Shown here: positions 61,718 through 64,000 of the stretch, one piece after another
Numbering within the stretch: position 1 is the first letter of the stretch
Layout of the letters: each line of letters starts with the position of its first letter
Source: Squalus acanthias
Lineage: Eukaryota
Direction: 5' to 3'
Length of the DNA: 64,000 nt
NCBI GenBank assembly: GCA_030390025.1
Contig: CM059425.1
Span: 173,974,001-174,038,000 of the forward strand
Translations under genes and position numbers: made by a program
The notes under the pieces: model-generated
What the model saw: the letters and a program-made list of their open reading frames with translations, nothing else
What the model was told of the DNA's origin: nothing
The model's database searches: none

Positions 61718-62264
61718 ACCTGCCCAAGCCTTTGCAACCATGAATAAAGTTGATGATGACAGTAAGGCCTGTTGGTTCTGTCTGCTGTTGATGGCAAGAA
61801 GGCTTTACTAACTATGGAGCAGGTCACTGTCAAAATCTGAAAACAGTCTTCACATTGGAAGAAACATACATCATTAAAAGACTCCAGCAGACCTAGAGGA
61901 GGCAAACAATCCCTAACTTATTTATTAAACAATAACAGTACAGTACAGTACAGTCAGTAGTGTTTGAAGTTACAATACTTAGGATTATAGGAGGTAGCTC
62001 CAAAGTAGAGCTAGCACCAGCATAGACATGAGGGGCAGATATTTCCATGATTCTGTGTTTATTTAAAATTAAAAGGTGTCTTGAATTTGATAGTCCCACA
62101 CCTTCATTAAAATTATAGCAGCAGTTGTGGAAAACAACGTTTGAAGGGCAGAGCATGGTTGAGGAAACAACTAGAGAACTTGAACGCGATACTCCATTGA
62201 GGCATCTCACAGTATAAGCTTTGGTCATTTGAGAACCATGTGAAGGATCACATTAGTCATGAGA

Positions 62265-62625
62265 AAATAAGAACATAAGAAATAGGAGCAGGAGTAGGCC
62301 ATACAGCCCTTCGAGCCTGCTCCGCCATTCAATAAGATCATGGCTGATCATCGACCTCAATTCCACTTTCCCGTCCGATCTCCATATTCCTTGATTCCCC
62401 TAGAGTCCAAAAATCTATCTATTTCAGCCTTGAATATACTCAAAGACTCAGCATCCACAGCCCTCTGGGGCAGAGAATTCCAAAGATTCACAACCCTCTG
62501 AGTGAAGAAATTCCTCCTCATCTCGGTCTTAAATGGCTTACCCCTTATCCTGAGACTATGCCCCCTAGTTCTATACACTCCAGCCAGGGGAAACAACCTC
62601 TCAGCATCTACCCTGTCAATCCCCT
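62265..62625 (-). mobile_element. CR1 3' fragment
   Basis: RNFFTQRVVNLWNSLP; aagaacataag tail. Confidence 0.9.
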
Positions 62626-62699
62626 GGGAGTTCTCTCAAACCACTCACCCCTCTAACAAACACAATAGGGGAAATGCTGTCATGTCAATTTTACACCTA

Positions 62700-64000
62700 A
62701 CTCTGCTCCCATCTGTCCAATAACTCCTTTCAAATCCTTTCAGTATAGCTTCCATTCTGCCCAAAGCATCAAGGTAGCCCTTGCCAAAGTCACCAGCGAT
62801 ATCCTCTATGACTGCAACTTCAACGTGTTATCCCTCAACATCTCAGGAGCATTTTTTATGGTTGACTACCTTATCCTTCTCCACTGTTTCTCCTCCATGG
62901 TCCACCTCTGCGCCACCACACTTTTTTGGTTCCACTCTACATGTTCCAGCATAGCTAGTATATCTGCTGCAATGGCTTCTCCTCCTATATCTGTACAGTC
63001 ACTTTTGTGTGGCCCATGGTTCAGTCTTGAGCCCTCTATTGTTCCTCATATACATACTGCCTTTCGGAGGCACTATTTGTAAGCATAGGTTAGCTTCTAT
63101 TTGTAATGTCAACTCCATCCACCTTTACTTCTCTGCCTCAGATCCACAACTGTTAGTATGCTGTCTGACTCAAGTTGTGAATGAGCTGGAACTTCCTCCA
63201 GCCAACCATTGGCAAGAACAAAGCCACCCTGTTTAGCTCTAGTCAGAAACTCTGAACCTAGTCCCTGATTCCACCACTCTGCTTAGTTGTTCACTCAGGG
63301 TAAACCCAATAGTGTGCAACCTAAGTGTCTATTTGATTCTGAACTAATCTGATCTTCAAATCTCACATCCAATCCATCATTGGCACAGCCTATTTCCATC
63401 TTGACAATAATGTTTGCATCTATCCTCTCCTCACCCCACGGCCGCTAAAATCCGCATCAGCCTTTGTCAACACCAGGCTTCATTTCTTCAATGCTCTCAT
63501 CGCCCTTTTGAACATCATCCTGCACAAACTCCAACTAATCCAGAACTTTGTCATCAGCATTCTATCCTGTAAAGTCCTGCTCACCCATCAGCCCTATCCT
63601 CACTGACTTCCACTGGTTCCCTACTCCACAATACGTTGATTTTGAAATCTCCAACTTTGTCTAGCGATCCCTCCATGGCCTTATTCTGCCTACATCATCC
63701 TCCGCCATCCTTGCCTCCTAGATCACACCCTCCACTGTTCTGAGTCTGACCTATTGCGATTACCCCCTTCTCTTGATTCACTATCAGTGGTACAGCTTTC
63801 AACTACCATGCACCATGCTCTCTGGAATTATTTTCCTTAATCACATCCCCTTTGTTACACCCCTCCTCATCTTTAAAAGTTTACTCAAAACCTACCGACC
63901 GTCAGTGATCTCCCCTAACTCTTCTTCCAATTCCTGCTTAGTGTCTGAATTTCTCGCCTTCTTGTGAAACACCTAGGAATGTTTCACTACCTTAAAAGAG
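62700..64000 (+). mobile_element. Old, highly decayed L2 LINE
   Basis: Resembles the L2 at 8648-11300 (gcccttgccaaagtcaccagcgatatcctctatgac; ctccaactaatccagaact; cttccactggttccc). Confidence 0.7.

Noticed and set aside
41208..64000. Downstream CAMK4 exon with the calmodulin-binding region, or a calspermin-type promoter
   Set aside because: No matching sequence seen; presumably beyond the window.

Overview
Vertebrate genomic DNA, most likely from a shark or other cartilaginous fish (inferred from the repeat families). The window is the intronic interior of a CAMK4 (CaMKIV) gene on the + strand. Four coding exons with GT-AG boundaries and matching phases are present (27726-27816, 30009-30083, 38183-38258, 41081-41207). 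Most of the remaining sequence is nested mobile DNA. It includes about 11 CR1 LINE copies (one near full length with an intact SGNH-esterase ORF1), a second CR1-group LINE, two L2s (one with an inverted 5' part), an RTE, and Deu-domain SINEs. There is a Penelope-like element with GIY-YIG endonuclease plus short derivatives carrying minimal hammerhead ribozyme motifs. PIF/Harbinger DNA transposons are dense: four two-gene elements (transposase convergent with a three-exon Myb/SANT coiled-coil gene), a deleted remnant and several related MITEs. The most interesting signals are the conserved spliced Myb-gene architecture with a Myb-only deletion derivative, a TSD-flanked fold-back hammerhead element nested in another, the inverted L2, and an orphan CpG-rich exon-like island. 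Family names come from motif recognition; no database search was possible.
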